A program made the position numbers and the translations under genes. From assembly GCA_018816445.1 (NCBI GenBank), contig JAHIVO010000001.1:8354-72353 (forward strand): a stretch of 64,000 nt of DNA, given 5' to 3'. Each line of letters begins with the position of its first letter. Positions within the stretch are counted from its first letter, which is position 1. A model generated the notes under the pieces. The model ran no database searches. It was not told where the DNA came from and was given only the letters and a program-made list of their open reading frames with translations. Of this stretch, positions 46,458-56,796 are shown piece by piece. The DNA is from Patescibacteria group bacterium. Lineage in GTDB: Bacteria; Patescibacteriota; Patescibacteriia; UBA10025; JAHIVO01.

Positions 46458-48122
46458 ATGATTAAGTCAATATTTGTCAGTAAAAATATCTATTTGCTAA
46501 TTTTAATTGGTCTGGGGATAATTTTTTTTGTGGTATATGCTTGGCAATATTATGGATTAGATACATTATTCACTTCTCCTGACGAAACGGCAAATTATTT
46601 TTTTATAGAATTATTTGCCAACCAAGGTCAATTAAGCTATGAGGAGCCATTAAATGTTGATGTTAATAATGTAATCAAGCCCAGAAGCATGGGTGTCAAT
46701 GGTGATAATGTTGTGCCCGGGAGCTTTTTAGGGATTATCTTGTTATATGGCTTGATAGCAAAAATTTTTGGTTTGAAAATCGTATTATATTTAACTCCAT
46801 TATTTTCCGTTATATCTGTAATATTTTTTTATTTATTAATCAAGGAAGTTTTCAATAAAAAAGTTGCTTTTGTATCTTCAGTATTTTTATTTTTTTTACC
46901 ACCATTTTGGTATTACAGCGCACGAGGGATGTTTCATAATGCCTTATTTATTTCTTTATTAATTATTGGTTGTTATTTTATTGTTAAATCGATTAAAAAT
47001 TCAAATGCTACAGTTAAAGCTATAAGTAATTATTTTTTAGCTGGTTTATTTGTCGGTCTGGCGTTAATCACACGTACTTCCGAAACCATTTGGATTTTTG
47101 TAGTAACTATTTTACTTTTTTCATTTTTTAGAAAAAACATCAAATGGTATTTTCCTGTTATCTTTTTTGTAGTTATTATGCTAGTTTTTTCTCCAATTCT
47201 TTTTTTAAATAATCAATTATATGGTTCGCCATTTTCATTTTCCTATTCATCCCAGACCATTGATTCCTCGTCTTTACAAACATTTACTCAATCGAGCCTA
47301 GAAAAATTTAAACAATTAATCTGGCCATTTAATTTTGATTTTAATTACGCTAGTCAATCTTTTTATAATTATATTTTATTAATATTTCCATGGTTTTCAA
47401 TATTTTTTGTTATTGGTTTTATTCGACTTTGGAAAAATGTCATTAATAGTATATTTTTTAAAATGCGAGGCCTCAAATATCAGGCATCGATATCAGAAGC
47501 ACAAAAAAAATACGGGATTCTATTCACCGTTATATTGATCTGGCTATTTTTATATTATGGATCATATTTTTTTATAGAATATTTGGATCCTACAAGAATT
47601 ATTTTAGGGTCTTCATACTTACGTTATTGGTTACCTATATTCGTATTTGGTTTGCCGTTTGTGACAATAGGTATTTCTAAAGTAACATTTTTATTCAGGC
47701 AGCCATTAATAAAAAAAATAATTATTAGTACATGTTTTTTATTTTTTTGTTCCTTTTCTGTGATAACTGTTTTATCTGATCCGCTTCAAGGATTATACGC
47801 ACTTAAAACCAATATTTCTCAAGATATCCAAAAAAATAGGCTAATAATTGCTCAAACTGAATCCAACTCGATTATTATAAGCGGTTATAATGATAAAGTT
47901 TTTTTCCCAAGCAGAAAAGTAATTGTAGGTTGGCCAGCGGAAGATACATTATTTGATAAATCCATGAAAGTAATGATCAGGGAGCATCCTGTATACTTTT
48001 TTTACAATCCCTTAGATGAAAACAGTTTACGTACTAAAAATTTAATTCACAAATTTAACTATAATATTGAAGAAGTTACTAATAATAATAGAACCGAAGA
48101 AGTATTATATAAAATTCAATAA
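46458..48122 (+). CDS. GT-C-like polytopic membrane glycosyltransferase (PMT/ArnT-like); paralog of 12601..14469
   Basis: 554 aa with multiple TM helices and a C-terminal soluble domain; shared blocks with 12601..14469. Confidence 0.5.
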   Translation: MIKSIFVSKNIYLLILIGLGIIFFVVYAWQYYGLDTLFTSPDETANYFFIELFANQGQLSYEEPLNVDVNNVIKPRSMGVNGDNVVPGSFLGIILLYGLIAKIFGLKIVLYLTPLFSVISVIFFYLLIKEVFNKKVAFVSSVFLFFLPPFWYYSARGMFHNALFISLLIIGCYFIVKSIKNSNATVKAISNYFLAGLFVGLALITRTSETIWIFVVTILLFSFFRKNIKWYFPVIFFVVIMLVFSPILFLNNQLYGSPFSFSYSSQTIDSSSLQTFTQSSLEKFKQLIWPFNFDFNYASQSFYNYILLIFPWFSIFFVIGFIRLWKNVINSIFFKMRGLKYQASISEAQKKYGILFTVILIWLFLYYGSYFFIEYLDPTRIILGSSYLRYWLPIFVFGLPFVTIGISKVTFLFRQPLIKKIIISTCFLFFCSFSVITVLSDPLQGLYALKTNISQDIQKNRLIIAQTESNSIIISGYNDKVFFPSRKVIVGWPAEDTLFDKSMKVMIREHPVYFFYNPLDENSLRTKNLIHKFNYNIEEVTNNNRTEEVLYKIQ

Positions 48123-48186
48123 TATATTGATTTATTTATAAAAGTATTATACATTTATTGATACAGATTAAAATCAGCTTATTGTA

Positions 48187-49728
48187 ATGATTAATATAAA
48201 AAGAAGTAAAATTCAATTAGTAATCAAGATTATAATATGGTTAATTCCAATAATTATTTTAATTTGGGTGGCCAATAAGCAATTTGTACCAGGAGGAAAA
48301 TTGGAAGTAACATATAATGTTCCGGAAGAATCAAAGTTCATTAAAAATTTCGCCTCAAAGGAACCAAATCAATATATCGGTACAAAAAATGAACTAGGAA
48401 ATAATGACTATACCCATTTAATAACTGTTTCTCCGGTTTATTTTGATGTCTACGTACCGCGGGCTTTTCCAAAAGCCACTATTACTTTAAGGTATGATAA
48501 TAAAGACGAGCAACCGCTTATCCAATTAGGTTCAAAAGTATCCAACGACGCTTATTACTATGAAGATATGGCCATGTATAATAAAGAAATTGAAAAAATA
48601 TTAAATAATGAATATGAAGCCTGGACCTGGATAACTAAAGACGATCTAATCCTTTTCCAAAAAAGTGATAAGCTTTATGAGTCAATTGATTATTTTTTGG
48701 ATAATTTGCCAGATCCTGACAAAATACTGCAATATAATTATAAATTAGCAAATAATATTGAGTTGCCTGGATATTTCCCGGCTTCACAAAAATCAGTAAT
48801 TAGAAAAAGTATACGTGGCCAGCATGAATTATTTACATACATTACGCGTGATGAACCTCTGAATTTTACATTTATAACCCAGGATATTAATAGAAATAAT
48901 GGTGTTGATGAAATTGAAATTACTATCTTTGATAATTCGGATAAATTGATTGACGAAATTATCTTGCCAGACGATGGAGAGATAATGGCATCGGGAAAAG
49001 TGATGCCGGAGAGAAATGTTGGAATATTTTTAAATGACATACCGGCGGGTGTTTATCGTATAAATTTAGATACTACAGATGATGTATTTATTAAAGAAAT
49101 TCAAACACAGCAACATTTGATTATGTTTAAAGATAATATTTATCTAACTGACAATGAAGAGTATAAAGACATCTTAGGAGATAAAACACATCAGTCAACA
49201 CAGTTATTTACAAATGCTAAAGAGGTTGATTTTAAAACCGCCCATGATGATGGCTGGCAAACTATTATTATTAATGGATTCCCGATACAAATAAATGAGA
49301 GCCATAAATATTTTAATATTAATGGACTTGATGGTATATCTGAAATTTCTATTCCAAAAAATGATTTATTAGTTGAAGGAGATGGGTTCTTCTTTTTCTC
49401 ATCAGAAAATTCTTTTGATCCGTATTATAATCTTACCACTAGTTTAATTGAAGTTGAGGATATAAATGAATATAATTATATAATTGCTAGGTATATACCT
49501 GCAAAAAAGAGTGGTAATTATTCAAAAGCTCAAGCAGTAGTTGAAGTTCCAAATTTATCTTATAAAACAGTCAATGACTCAACTTATTCAAGCTTTATTA
49601 TCAGTTTGCCCGGATTGTCTGAGAGTGGCAAATTATTCCACATTAAACAAATAAATATTTTGTTTGAAAAAGAACCAATAACAATTAATAATTTTTTTTC
49701 CAAGGCGAAGAATTTTATAAGTAAATAA
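48187..49728 (+). CDS. N-terminally anchored exported protein; paralog of 23169..24719
   Basis: Single TM (IKIIIWLIPIIILIWVA) and shared sequence blocks with 23169..24719 (see that entry). Confidence 0.5.
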   Translation: MINIKRSKIQLVIKIIIWLIPIIILIWVANKQFVPGGKLEVTYNVPEESKFIKNFASKEPNQYIGTKNELGNNDYTHLITVSPVYFDVYVPRAFPKATITLRYDNKDEQPLIQLGSKVSNDAYYYEDMAMYNKEIEKILNNEYEAWTWITKDDLILFQKSDKLYESIDYFLDNLPDPDKILQYNYKLANNIELPGYFPASQKSVIRKSIRGQHELFTYITRDEPLNFTFITQDINRNNGVDEIEITIFDNSDKLIDEIILPDDGEIMASGKVMPERNVGIFLNDIPAGVYRINLDTTDDVFIKEIQTQQHLIMFKDNIYLTDNEEYKDILGDKTHQSTQLFTNAKEVDFKTAHDDGWQTIIINGFPIQINESHKYFNINGLDGISEISIPKNDLLVEGDGFFFFSSENSFDPYYNLTTSLIEVEDINEYNYIIARYIPAKKSGNYSKAQAVVEVPNLSYKTVNDSTYSSFIISLPGLSESGKLFHIKQINILFEKEPITINNFFSKAKNFISK

Positions 49729-49729
49729 T

Positions 49730-50164
49730 ATGACAAATTTTGAAGAACAGATTTTTAATTTTAAAAACAGGTCAGATGCGATTTGGTTTTTTTCCACAAT
49801 TATAAAACAAGCTTTTAAAATAGGATTATCAAGCTATATAATATTTATAATAATTGATGAATTGTTTAATAATTTTATATCAGATTTTTTTAGCCTTAAT
49901 ATTTTTTTAGTAATAGTAATAATCATCGGAATAATTACATATATCATAGGGAAGTATGAATCAATTGAGTCTGGTGATATTATTAAGGAAAGTAAAAATA
50001 ATTTAATATACATAATTGTCAGCCTTGCAAGTGCCGCCTTGATTTTTTACAAAATTAATGAAATAGGTAAATTAGCATATATAATTTCAATAATTACAGG
50101 AATTTCAGTATTTTTATTAGCAAAATTATTTTTTATTAAAAAAAATATAACTAACAATAATTAA
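49730..50164 (+). CDS. Small hypothetical membrane protein
   Basis: 144 aa, 3-4 TM, no motif. Confidence 0.35.
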   Translation: MTNFEEQIFNFKNRSDAIWFFSTIIKQAFKIGLSSYIIFIIIDELFNNFISDFFSLNIFLVIVIIIGIITYIIGKYESIESGDIIKESKNNLIYIIVSLASAALIFYKINEIGKLAYIISIITGISVFLLAKLFFIKKNITNNN

Positions 50165-51439
<1,275 letters not shown>

Positions 51440-51461
51440 AATTAACTGTATTTAATTATAT

Positions 51462-51902
51462 ATGTCCATAATTGAAGAACAATCAAAAATTGTTAAACAT
51501 AAGTTGATTTGGGAAATTATTAAATATCGGAGAACTAATAAGGGCAATAGATGGCTTTCCCATTTTTGGCCTAATCAAAATGAGTGTAAGAAATTTTTTA
51601 CACCCACTTTTGCCTATCTAAACTATATCGGACCTAGTGATCAGGCTGGAGGTCATTATCATAAAAATAAAAAAGAATATTTTTGTCCTTTAGGCGATTT
51701 TAAATTGTTGATCGGCGATGTTAAGAACAAAAAGACAGAAGTTATCAAGATGTCTCTGGGAACTAAAAAATATTATTCTTTTTATTACATTCCTCCAATG
51801 GTGCCCCATGCTGTTAAAAATTGTACTGATAAGTTTCAGGCTTTAGTTGTGCTGACTAATAAAAAAGATATTTACGGAAAAACATACGATTTTAAATTTT
51901 AA
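51462..51902 (+). CDS. Cupin-fold protein (possible NDP-sugar ketoisomerase/epimerase, FdtA/WxcM-like)
   Basis: Cupin motif 1 G(x)5HxH(x)4E(x)6G is present in 'GPSDQAGGHYHKNKKEYFCPLG'; motif 2 in 'PPMVPHAVKN'. Confidence 0.4.
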   Translation: MSIIEEQSKIVKHKLIWEIIKYRRTNKGNRWLSHFWPNQNECKKFFTPTFAYLNYIGPSDQAGGHYHKNKKEYFCPLGDFKLLIGDVKNKKTEVIKMSLGTKKYYSFYYIPPMVPHAVKNCTDKFQALVVLTNKKDIYGKTYDFKF

Positions 51903-51995
51903 CTAAATTGATAACAAACTCAGCATTTGTAGTTAAATCGTATTTAGAAAACAAATATTACTTTATTGCTGCTTCTTTAATAAAGTGTTTTTTAC

Positions 51996-52036
51996 TTGTA
52001 AAAAATGCATTTTTCCGGTATGCTGTGTTTATAAAT
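51996..52036 (+). promoter_or_regulatory. Candidate sigma70-like promoter upstream of rfbB (TTGTAA, 17 nt spacer, TATGCT; an additional TATAAAT follows)
   Basis: Hexamers read directly at 51996-52001 and 52019-52024 with a 17-nt spacer, ~35 nt upstream of the rfbB ATG. Confidence 0.25.
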
Positions 52037-52059
52037 ATTTACTAACTACATAGATATTT

Positions 52060-53202
52060 ATGAAGTTATTAGTCACAGGCGGAGCAGGATTTATTGGCTC
52101 AAATTTTATTCACTATTGGCTAAAAGAGCATCCAGATGATTCAATTGTTAATCTGGACTGTTTAACTTATGCTGGTAATCCGTATACAGATAAAGATAGG
52201 AATAAAAAGCCAGCAAATTTAAAGGACTTAGAAAATAATCAGAATTATAAGTTTGAAAATTTTGATATTACTTGTCCGATAAAATATTCTCAGGCAGAAA
52301 CTTCTGATGAATATGGCCGTTTTGATAGCAAGGAATTTAATCGATTGAAGGATTTTATCAAGAATTCCGATACCGTTGTTCATTTTGCCGCTGAATCACA
52401 TGTTGATAAATCAGTTTTAAATGCTGGACCTGATAGACCAGATGCATACGATTTTGTTTTAACAAATACTTGGGGTACTCACATTATGCTTGAAGCCGCA
52501 GTTAAAGCTTGGAAAGATAGTAATTTTAATAATAAAAGATTCCATCATATTTCTACCGATGAAGTTTTTGGTGCTTTAGCATTGGATGACCCTAACAAAT
52601 TTAATGAACAAACGGCATACGATCCTCGCAGCCCATATTCTGCTTCAAAAGCTGGAGCTGATCATTTGGTTCGCGCTTATAATACTAGTTATGATTTGCC
52701 GACTACTATATCAAACACTTCAAATAACTATGGTCCTTATATGTATCCGGAAAAATTACTACCATTAGCAATAACAAATTTATTAGAAAATAAAAAAGTT
52801 CCAATTTATGGAGACGGAAAATATGTACGTGACTGGTTGTATGTAGATGACCATTGCCAAGCAATTGATTTAATTATAAAAAAAGGTAAAGTAGGTGATT
52901 CTTATTGCATTGGTGGTTTAACTGATGATATAAATAACTTGGAACTAATTAAAAAAGTTTTAAAAATTTTAAATAAAGATGAAAACTCTTTGGAGTACGT
53001 TAAAGATCGGCCTGGCCACGACCGTCGTTATGCGGTTAATTGGGATAAAGCAAAAAAAGAGCTAGGTTATCGGCCGAGGTATGATTTGGATACTTATTTA
53101 GAAAAAATGATTATTTGGTATCAAAAAAATGAAGCTTGGTGGAAACCTATTAAAGAGGGTGAGTTTAAAGAATATTATAAACGTCAATATATTGAAAGAT
53201 GA
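52060..53202 (+). CDS. rfbB: dTDP-glucose 4,6-dehydratase
   Basis: 'LLVTGGAGFIGSNFIHYWL', 'HFAAESHVDKS', 'YSASKAGADHLVRAY' (YxxxK) and 'RPGHDRRYAV'; ~25 aa longer than E. coli RmlB. Confidence 0.9.
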   Translation: MKLLVTGGAGFIGSNFIHYWLKEHPDDSIVNLDCLTYAGNPYTDKDRNKKPANLKDLENNQNYKFENFDITCPIKYSQAETSDEYGRFDSKEFNRLKDFIKNSDTVVHFAAESHVDKSVLNAGPDRPDAYDFVLTNTWGTHIMLEAAVKAWKDSNFNNKRFHHISTDEVFGALALDDPNKFNEQTAYDPRSPYSASKAGADHLVRAYNTSYDLPTTISNTSNNYGPYMYPEKLLPLAITNLLENKKVPIYGDGKYVRDWLYVDDHCQAIDLIIKKGKVGDSYCIGGLTDDINNLELIKKVLKILNKDENSLEYVKDRPGHDRRYAVNWDKAKKELGYRPRYDLDTYLEKMIIWYQKNEAWWKPIKEGEFKEYYKRQYIER

Positions 53203-53218
53203 ATTTAAGAATAATAAA

Positions 53219-54070
53219 ATGAAGGTACTAATTACAGGTGCATTAGGCATGCTGGGCCAGCAATTAGCTAAAGTTTATAAAGATCAGGATCCTATTCTTT
53301 GGGATAGGGAAGTGATAGATATTACTGATAAGGATAAGGTATTAACACAGATTTCTAAGATTAAGCCTGATATTGTCTTAAATACAGCAGCTTATAATGA
53401 TGTAGACGGAGCTGAAAATAACGAGGCTCTAGCTATGGAAATTAACGGTCATGCCATTGGACACCTGGCTAAGGCGGTTAGTACTGCAGGAGGCATTCTC
53501 GTGCATTACAGCACGGACTACGTATTTAAGGGAGATAGTGTTGAAGGCTATAAAGAAGATGGTCAACCAGATCCGCAGTCTGCTTATGCGCGTTCAAAAT
53601 ATCTAGGCGAACAGGAATTAGTTGATAATATCCAAAATTATTATTTAATCAGATTATCCAGATTATTTGGGCGCCCAGCAAAGAGTAAAAGCGGAAAAAA
53701 AAGCTTTGTTGAGATAATACTTGATTTAGCTAATAACCAAGATGAAGTTAATGTCATTGATGAGGAAGTATCCTCGCCAACATATTCTGTAGATTTGGCA
53801 TTAGCCACCAAAGCAATTATTGATCAAAAAAAATCTTTTGGAATTTATCATATTTCCAATAACGGCTCCTGCACCTGGTTTGAATTTGCAAAGGAAATTT
53901 TTTCTAATTATAATATAAAAGTAAAGCTAAATCCAGTACCCGCGGATTTTTTTTCCAGACCCGCCTTACGCCCTAAATATTCAGTTTTATTGAATAATAA
54001 GACTGAACCATTGCGCAGCTGGCAATATGCACTTAAAGATTATATGTCTGTAAAAAATCATGAAATTTAA
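53219..54070 (+). CDS. rfbD: dTDP-4-dehydrorhamnose reductase (start taken at MKVLITG; the ORF opens at 53129, overlapping rfbB)
   Basis: 'VLITGALGMLGQQL', 'VLNTAAYNDVDGAENNEA', 'HYSTDYVFKG' and 'YARSKYLGE'. Confidence 0.85.
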   Translation: MKVLITGALGMLGQQLAKVYKDQDPILWDREVIDITDKDKVLTQISKIKPDIVLNTAAYNDVDGAENNEALAMEINGHAIGHLAKAVSTAGGILVHYSTDYVFKGDSVEGYKEDGQPDPQSAYARSKYLGEQELVDNIQNYYLIRLSRLFGRPAKSKSGKKSFVEIILDLANNQDEVNVIDEEVSSPTYSVDLALATKAIIDQKKSFGIYHISNNGSCTWFEFAKEIFSNYNIKVKLNPVPADFFSRPALRPKYSVLLNNKTEPLRSWQYALKDYMSVKNHEI

Positions 54071-54605
54071 GGAAACAAAATTTAATGACGCCTGGTTGAT
54101 TGAGCCGGATGTTTATAAAGATACCAGGGGATTTTTTATGGAAACTTTTTCCAAAGAATGGTTTGAGGAAAAAGGTATTAAAGTTAATTTTGTTCAGGAT
54201 AATCATTCTAAGTCGGTAAAGTCTGGAGTATTACGTGGACTGCATTTTCAGCTACCGCCGCATAATCAAGCAAAGTTAGTGCGAGTCTGTAATGGTGCAG
54301 TGTATGACGTGGTAGTTGATTTAAGAAAAGATTCTGAAACTTTTGGTCAGTGGGAGGGTTTTGAATTGACCGCAAATAATCATTTGATGTTTTTTATACC
54401 TCGCGGATTTGCCCATGGTTATTGCACCTTGCAACCAAATACTGAGTTTTTGTATAAGATTGATAATTTATATTCTCCGGAGTATGATACTGGCATAATT
54501 TGGAATGATCCGATTTTAAACATTAAATGGCCAATATCAAATCCAATTATTTCAGATAAGGATGCTCAATTACAGTCATTTAAACAATTCAAATCTCCAT
54601 TCTAA
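54060..54605 (+). CDS. rfbC: dTDP-4-dehydrorhamnose 3,5-epimerase
   Basis: 'DTRGFFMETF', 'RGLHFQ' and 'KLVRVCNGAVYDVVVDLRKDSETFGQW'. Confidence 0.9.
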   Translation: MKFKETKFNDAWLIEPDVYKDTRGFFMETFSKEWFEEKGIKVNFVQDNHSKSVKSGVLRGLHFQLPPHNQAKLVRVCNGAVYDVVVDLRKDSETFGQWEGFELTANNHLMFFIPRGFAHGYCTLQPNTEFLYKIDNLYSPEYDTGIIWNDPILNIKWPISNPIISDKDAQLQSFKQFKSPF

Positions 54606-54622
54606 TTTTTAATTGAAATATT

Positions 54623-55345
54623 ATGAAAGGGATAATATTAGCCGGCGGTAAAGCCACTAGGTTAAGACCATTAACAAAAATTACCAGCAAACAGCTTCTT
54701 CCTATTTATAACAAGCCGATGATTTTTTATCCGTTAAATACATTATTAACAGCCGGAATAAAAGAGATATTAATTATTGTTGCTCCTGACTACGCTGGTC
54801 ATTTTTTGCATTTACTGGGTTCTGGAAAGGATTTTGGCGCAAAATTTACATATGAAATCCAGCAATCACCGCGCGGGCTGGCTGATGCCTTCATTATTGG
54901 TGAGGATTTCATGGATGAAGATAGCGTAACCATGGTGCTTGGTGATAATATTTTTGAGGATGATTTATCGGAGGAAATAAAAAGTTTTAAAAGCGGGGGG
55001 AGGATATTTGCAAAAAAAGTAGCCGATCCAGAAAGATCTGGCGTGGTAAAATTTGATGCCAATAATAAAGCTATAAAAATCGTTGAAAAACCAAAAGAGT
55101 GGATCAGTGATTATGCCATTCCTGGATTGTACGTTTATGATAAGCGTGTTTGCCAATTTGCCAAGGAAGTCAAACCATCTGACAGGGGTGAAATTGAAAT
55201 AACAGACTTGCATAACAGTTATCTGGAAATTGGAGAACTGGATGTCAGGCAGATAAAAGGTGCCTGGTTTGATGCTGGTACGTTTGATTCACTGCTTGAG
55301 GCAAATGTATTTGTGTCAAAACACAAAAGATTAAGTAAAATTTAA
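54623..55345 (+). CDS. rfbA: Glucose-1-phosphate thymidylyltransferase (short 240-aa form without the C-terminal regulatory extension)
   Basis: 'MKGIILAGGKATRLRPLTKITSKQLLPIYNKPMIFYPL', 'LGDNIF' and 'ERSGVV…EKP'. Confidence 0.85.
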   Translation: MKGIILAGGKATRLRPLTKITSKQLLPIYNKPMIFYPLNTLLTAGIKEILIIVAPDYAGHFLHLLGSGKDFGAKFTYEIQQSPRGLADAFIIGEDFMDEDSVTMVLGDNIFEDDLSEEIKSFKSGGRIFAKKVADPERSGVVKFDANNKAIKIVEKPKEWISDYAIPGLYVYDKRVCQFAKEVKPSDRGEIEITDLHNSYLEIGELDVRQIKGAWFDAGTFDSLLEANVFVSKHKRLSKI

Positions 55346-55383
55346 CCAGCCAGTCAATATATAAAATATACCTGGTTTTTTTA
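55344..55383. terminator. Weak candidate bidirectional terminator between convergent rfbA and the PEGA-protein gene
   Basis: AACCAG…CTGGTT inverted repeat followed by T7 (aaccagccagtcaatatataaaatatacctggttttttt). The loop is long, so the call is weak. Confidence 0.3.
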
Positions 55384-55391
55384 ATTATTTG

Positions 55392-56684
55392 CTAATAATT
55401 TAATGAATACAGCCCCTCATTAGATAAGAGGAAGATTTTTGTATGATTATCGTTGGATATTGACTGAAAAACATCATCAACAGTAATCTTATAAACATTG
55501 GCATTATTATTCCATGATTCCGTCATAATTATTTGATTATTTTGATAGTAAATTATGTAATTTTCATTAGCTAACCAATCAACGCTGGATATCTCAGTAG
55601 ATGTCCTGACTACTAAATTTTTTTCTGAAGTGTTAATATCATAAATAAAAATTTCATGATTATTGTTGAATAATATTTTTTCTCCATTGGCACTCCAATT
55701 CAAGTTAGTCAGGTGGTCATTAATTATATTAAATGTGTTTTGCTTGGTATCATATAAATATAGTACATCGCTGTTGATTGTAGAAAAAGGAAGATACTTA
55801 CCTTTGTATTGAAAGAAAATTATATCATCAGCGTTGATATCTGGCAGAGTATTTATTATGTCACCATCAGCATTTAAAATTGATATTGAACCATCTCCTG
55901 AAATAAAATATATTCCATTATTATATACATAGATTACGTCGTCATGGCTGAAAATTTCGTTTTTTGTTTGCTGAAATGTGTTTATACGATAAAATTTACC
56001 ATCAGCATTGATGAATATTACATCTTCTTCTGCCGAATCCCAAAATAATGATTTTATGTTCAGATTGAATTTTATTCCAATGTTAATATATTCACTTGCA
56101 TTATGAATATCATAAAGTAAAAATTCATTTTTATCTGTATTAATAATTATTTGGTTGGAATTTTGTGACCAAATAACATTATTAATTTTGTTTTCAAGCT
56201 TAATTTTCACTAAACTGGTAAAATCATCCATGGAAATAAATTCCAAGGTATTGTTGTAGTATATAGAAAATATTTTTTTATCAGGTGAGATAAATAAAGA
56301 TTGAATTTTAAATTCTGGATAAAGAAGAGTGGGGCTATCTTGTTTAGCTAATAATACAACACCCGATATAATTTCTGCTTCTGCTGATTTAATACTGACT
56401 GTCTTTGTCCAATCATAATAATTATCTTTTGAAATAATTAAATGGTAATCACCTGGAACCATGTTATTTTTTCTGAATGGTGTTTTATCTTCCAGCTGTG
56501 AGCCGTCTATTACAATATTTGCATTGCTTGGCTCAGTTTCAATGATTAATGATCCCACCTTAACAAAGTTATTAGTCTCATAATCAAAACGCCAACCTGA
56601 AGCAAATAAGATGATTAAATAGGTTATTATTAAAAATAGTATTACGATAAATAAGAAGTATAAGCGCCGAGAGGTGATATTCAT
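55392..56684 (-). CDS. Membrane-anchored PEGA-domain protein with a C-terminal beta-rich (propeller-like) repeat region
   Basis: N-terminal TM, then 'VGSLIIETEPSNANIVIDGSQLEDKTPFRKNNMVPGDYHLIISKDNY…KTVSI' (PEGA pattern), followed by repetitive Asn/Ile-rich segments. Confidence 0.5.
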   Translation of the reverse strand: MNITSRRLYFLFIVILFLIITYLIILFASGWRFDYETNNFVKVGSLIIETEPSNANIVIDGSQLEDKTPFRKNNMVPGDYHLIISKDNYYDWTKTVSIKSAEAEIISGVVLLAKQDSPTLLYPEFKIQSLFISPDKKIFSIYYNNTLEFISMDDFTSLVKIKLENKINNVIWSQNSNQIIINTDKNEFLLYDIHNASEYINIGIKFNLNIKSLFWDSAEEDVIFINADGKFYRINTFQQTKNEIFSHDDVIYVYNNGIYFISGDGSISILNADGDIINTLPDINADDIIFFQYKGKYLPFSTINSDVLYLYDTKQNTFNIINDHLTNLNWSANGEKILFNNNHEIFIYDINTSEKNLVVRTSTEISSVDWLANENYIIYYQNNQIIMTESWNNNANVYKITVDDVFQSISNDNHTKIFLLSNEGLYSLNY

Positions 56685-56796
56685 ATTTATTACAATATAT
56701 TTAATTGCGTTTTTTGTCCATATTTGCCAATAAAAACATTTCTGTTATAATTACTTTGATTTTGATTGTATACAATTACGTAATTTTATTATTGTT

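Noticed and set aside
53129-53218. N-terminal extension of rfbD (ORF opens at 53129, MKLGGNLLKRV…)
   Set aside because: The extension overlaps rfbB by 74 nt in another frame. The Rossmann motif starts right after the internal Met at 53219, which lies 16 nt downstream of the rfbB stop.
54799-55213. Antisense ORFs (82 and 87 aa) within rfbA
   Set aside because: Embedded opposite a strongly supported CDS.
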